From Antedon mediterranea (Eukaryota > Animalia > Echinodermata), in the NCBI RefSeq assembly GCF_964355755.1, contig NC_092670.1, positions 30,058,388-30,122,387 of the forward strand: a DNA stretch of 64,000 nt. Reading direction: 5' to 3'. Both the position numbers and the translations under genes were made by a program. The notes beneath the pieces were generated by a model. That model saw nothing but the letters and a program-made list of their open reading frames with translations. It had not been told where the DNA came from and made no database searches. Numbering within the stretch: position 1 is the stretch's first letter; every line of letters begins with the position of its first letter. Positions 61,276 to 64,000 of this stretch are shown in pieces.

Positions 61276-62624
61276 CAGTGGCGTATCCAGGATTTTGAAG
61301 TTGGGGGGTGGGGGGGGGGGGCCCGGGAATTGCCAATTTGCCGACAAAATTAGTGTCATTATCTGTACATACACCTGATCAATATACGGTTCTAGGATTG
61401 CATATAGTCATATTGTCTTTTATGGGATAACGATGCAAAATTAAAACCAATCCAACATTATCTGTTAGTATGTTGCATTCATATTACAATAAAGAAAAAA
61501 TTAGGAAATCTGGCTTTTAGTTTTCGAAATATAGGATCTAAAACATCGCCGAAAATTATCGTTTTTAGCCACGAAAGAAGTAAAACAATTTGCGGCCCCA
61601 GTCGGCAATTCTATTAACTAGGCCTACGCCATATTTGGTTAAAATAATTATATATAATTACGTTTTTTAGTAATTTATTTTATATATCACCATTGGAAAT
61701 ATCAATAAAACATGTTATTAAATGCTTATAAAATATATGAAGTTGTTTACTTAACGGAATTCGGACAAATGCATTGCTCTAATTGTGTGTAGTAACGATC
61801 AGAGAGACCGTATGATCAACATCATGGTACACGCGCGAGAGAAAACATTCCGCTGCGGGTGATTCGCATCCACCAATCAAATCAGCCAGAATCCAAAATC
61901 ATTCAACCGTGAGCAATGCCAATCACGAGAAAGCTCAGCTTTGATTGGCTTACGATGACATCATATCACAAAATGGTGGTTTTGTAGTTGAGCCTCACGG
62001 AATATTCTGTTCCAAAAATGAAATTCATGGATATTTTTTATGGTATGTGTGCTTTTTCTTTAAAAAATTCGAATAATAAAGGCCTCATATCGAGAAAAAA
62101 ACGGGTTTTTGGCACTTATAATAAATATATCTTACGAGAAAAAAAGCACATGGCATGTGGAACTATATAATCTTAGCGTAGGAAGACATACAAATCCCTG
62201 GTCATGAGAGGCTCAACTGCAAAAACAAGGTTGAATAGGGTAAGGTCACCGGACCGTTCTTCAAAGACTTTTGAGTAAACAATCTAGCGCGTACGGCCGT
62301 ACGTACGTGCTAGATGATAAGATATTTTGACCACATTTTTTACGTGTTTGGTTAGATGTAATGAAAATAAAAAATAGTTGATCTGAACATGGAGGTACCT
62401 CCATCATCTGAAGGGAATGATATGATATGTAAATAAACAAACACTCAAAAGAATTATGTTTACAGTTCAATTATTGTCAGAATAATAGTTTATTCTTATT
62501 TGCCTAACTTTATTTTTTCCCGGCACCTTTTTTGCCGACGGACGCGATGATGTGGGGGGTTGGTTGGTTGGTTGGGGGGGGGGGGGGGGCGGGCCCCCCG
62601 GCTCCCCCAATGGATACGCCACTG
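61276..62624. mobile_element. hAT MITE with 8-bp TSD
   Basis: 14-bp TIR CAGTGGCGTATCCA; TSD ACACTAAC at 61268-61275 and 62625-62632; poly-G subterminal tracts. Confidence 0.9.
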
Positions 62625-62680
62625 ACACTAACCATAGTCTAGGGTTTGAACTATTGTTTTATTTATTATTTATTTTTTAG

Positions 62681-62815
62681 TGATTTGAGCTGGAACTATC
62701 TAACAGCATTGGGCGACTGGCAACTACCTTCAGTTAAAAAAATAATAATAAACAAAAATAGTATTCAACGCATCTCAAAAACAGTCTTCGCCAATATATC
62801 ATCCCTAGAAATGTT
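62681..62815 (+). CDS. LRR protein exon 10 (135 nt, two LRRs); gene presumably continues past the window
   Basis: TTTTAG|..|GTAAGT; (L)DLSWNYLTALGDWQLPSVKKIIINKNSIQRISKTVFANISSLEM. Confidence 0.9.
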
Positions 62816-63754
62816 GTAAGTATAAATTAGTTGGAAAATATGTTTGGTGTCAATAGACGGTTAATAAATTAAGATTAAAAGAGGTAACATTAATTTAATT
62901 TGTAAATAGATAACAAAAGGAACGATGGTACTTTGGTTGTCTATGTTTTCTAACATGAAAATCAATGACAATAATTTTTCTTTAATAAGACATAGGCCTA
63001 TCATTTTTGGTAGACTTAAGAATGATCACATTCAGATTATTAAATTCTAAATTTCCAATTTCTTTTTACTATGCAGCAAATATTGAAGATGCATTTGTTA
63101 TGTTAAAGTTGAAGTCATATTTTAGATAATTTTAGGAAATTTATAATCTATATTATATTATTCATTTTTTTACAGATGCGGATATTAGTGATTCATTTAT
63201 TTTCTTCCTCATTTTAAAGTTCAAAACACTATTTTATTATTTTTGTCTTATTTATACATATTAGCTTAGATTTATAAAACCAGAGGACGCACACGCATCG
63301 CTCGTTCATTTGATTTAGATCGGGCGCCCGTAGAATGTATTTATGTGAAAAGCCACAACAGGTTTGATGGGATATGATTATGTATATATATGGCTTCAAT
63401 AAGATTCAATAATCAATATTGCTGCCAGCTCGTATCCTGTAAATTTTCCCTGGGACACCAAATAAGGAGGGATAAAAAAATTGATTTAATCATGTGAAAA
63501 GCCACACGGATAAAAGTTGTTAGACATTGTCCGCATATGTGTATAGAATGTTAAAACAGCAATGACAGCAACTTTATCCTGAAAGTTGCCCGAAACAGTA
63601 GCCCAAAGTGACCACTCAACAAAAATGGTGTTATTCATGTCAATAGCCACACGGCTAATTCTTTTTGCATTGTAACTGTTACACATTACATTGTTGGGGT
63701 GCACAAAAATACCATTGACAGCAACTTTATCCTGTAAGTTGACACAAGACACTC

Positions 63755-63956
63755 TCTTCTTTGTCTGAGGATGGTCTTATACCCATTTCTTTGTCTGTGG
63801 ATGGGCTTATACCTCTTTATTTGTCTGTGGATGGTCTTACACCCCCTTCTTTGTCTGTGGATGGGCTTATACCCCCTTCTTTGTCTGCGGATGGTCTTAC
63901 ACCCCCTTCTTTGTCTGTGGATGGTCTTACACCTCCTTCTTTGTCTGTGGATGGTC
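63755..63956. repeat. 30-bp minisatellite, ~6.5 copies
   Basis: Unit TTGTCTGTGGATGG(T/G)CTTA(C/T)ACCCCCTTCT. Confidence 0.95.
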
Positions 63957-64000
63957 CACCATAAGTTAAATATTTAATCAATGGACCCACTACTTTGATT

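Noticed and set aside
63176-63260. Candidate LRR exon 11 after TTTTTACAG
   Set aside because: In-frame stop after three codons and no LRR pattern or donor

Overview
AT-rich eukaryotic (animal) genomic DNA with spliceosomal GT-AG introns. The repeat spectrum and the AGGCCT/CTAG-rich patches suggest a marine invertebrate such as an echinoderm (inference). Host genes, all on the + strand: (i) the 3' exons of a C-type-lectin/TM/tyrosine-motif receptor (26797-28164); (ii) an orphan multi-TM C-terminal fragment (33237-34113); (iii) the first 10 exons of a signal peptide + LRRNT + LRR gene (36334 to beyond 62815), built of phase-2 exons that each carry one LRR (exon 10 carries two), with an 18-kb intron 5. 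The rest is densely nested transposons: Penelope-like remnants, L2, RTE, Rex1/Babar, a Gmr1-type Gypsy LTR element, Kolobok-like TTAA elements, a 7-kb Harbinger whose two genes are interleaved antisense, hAT/Tc1-like MITEs, Helentron-associated HINE-like elements, a SINE and a 9-bp-TSD hairpin-ended element. The most unusual region is a (TA)n-anchored compound locus (16925-24835). There a Penelope-like ORF is fused to two different ~370-bp tandem units, each carrying a tRNA-like cassette with a non-cognate anticodon loop. These are followed by a ~220-bp hammerhead-ribozyme unit that a Gypsy insertion has split exactly in its catalytic core. All calls are by eye; no database searches were run.
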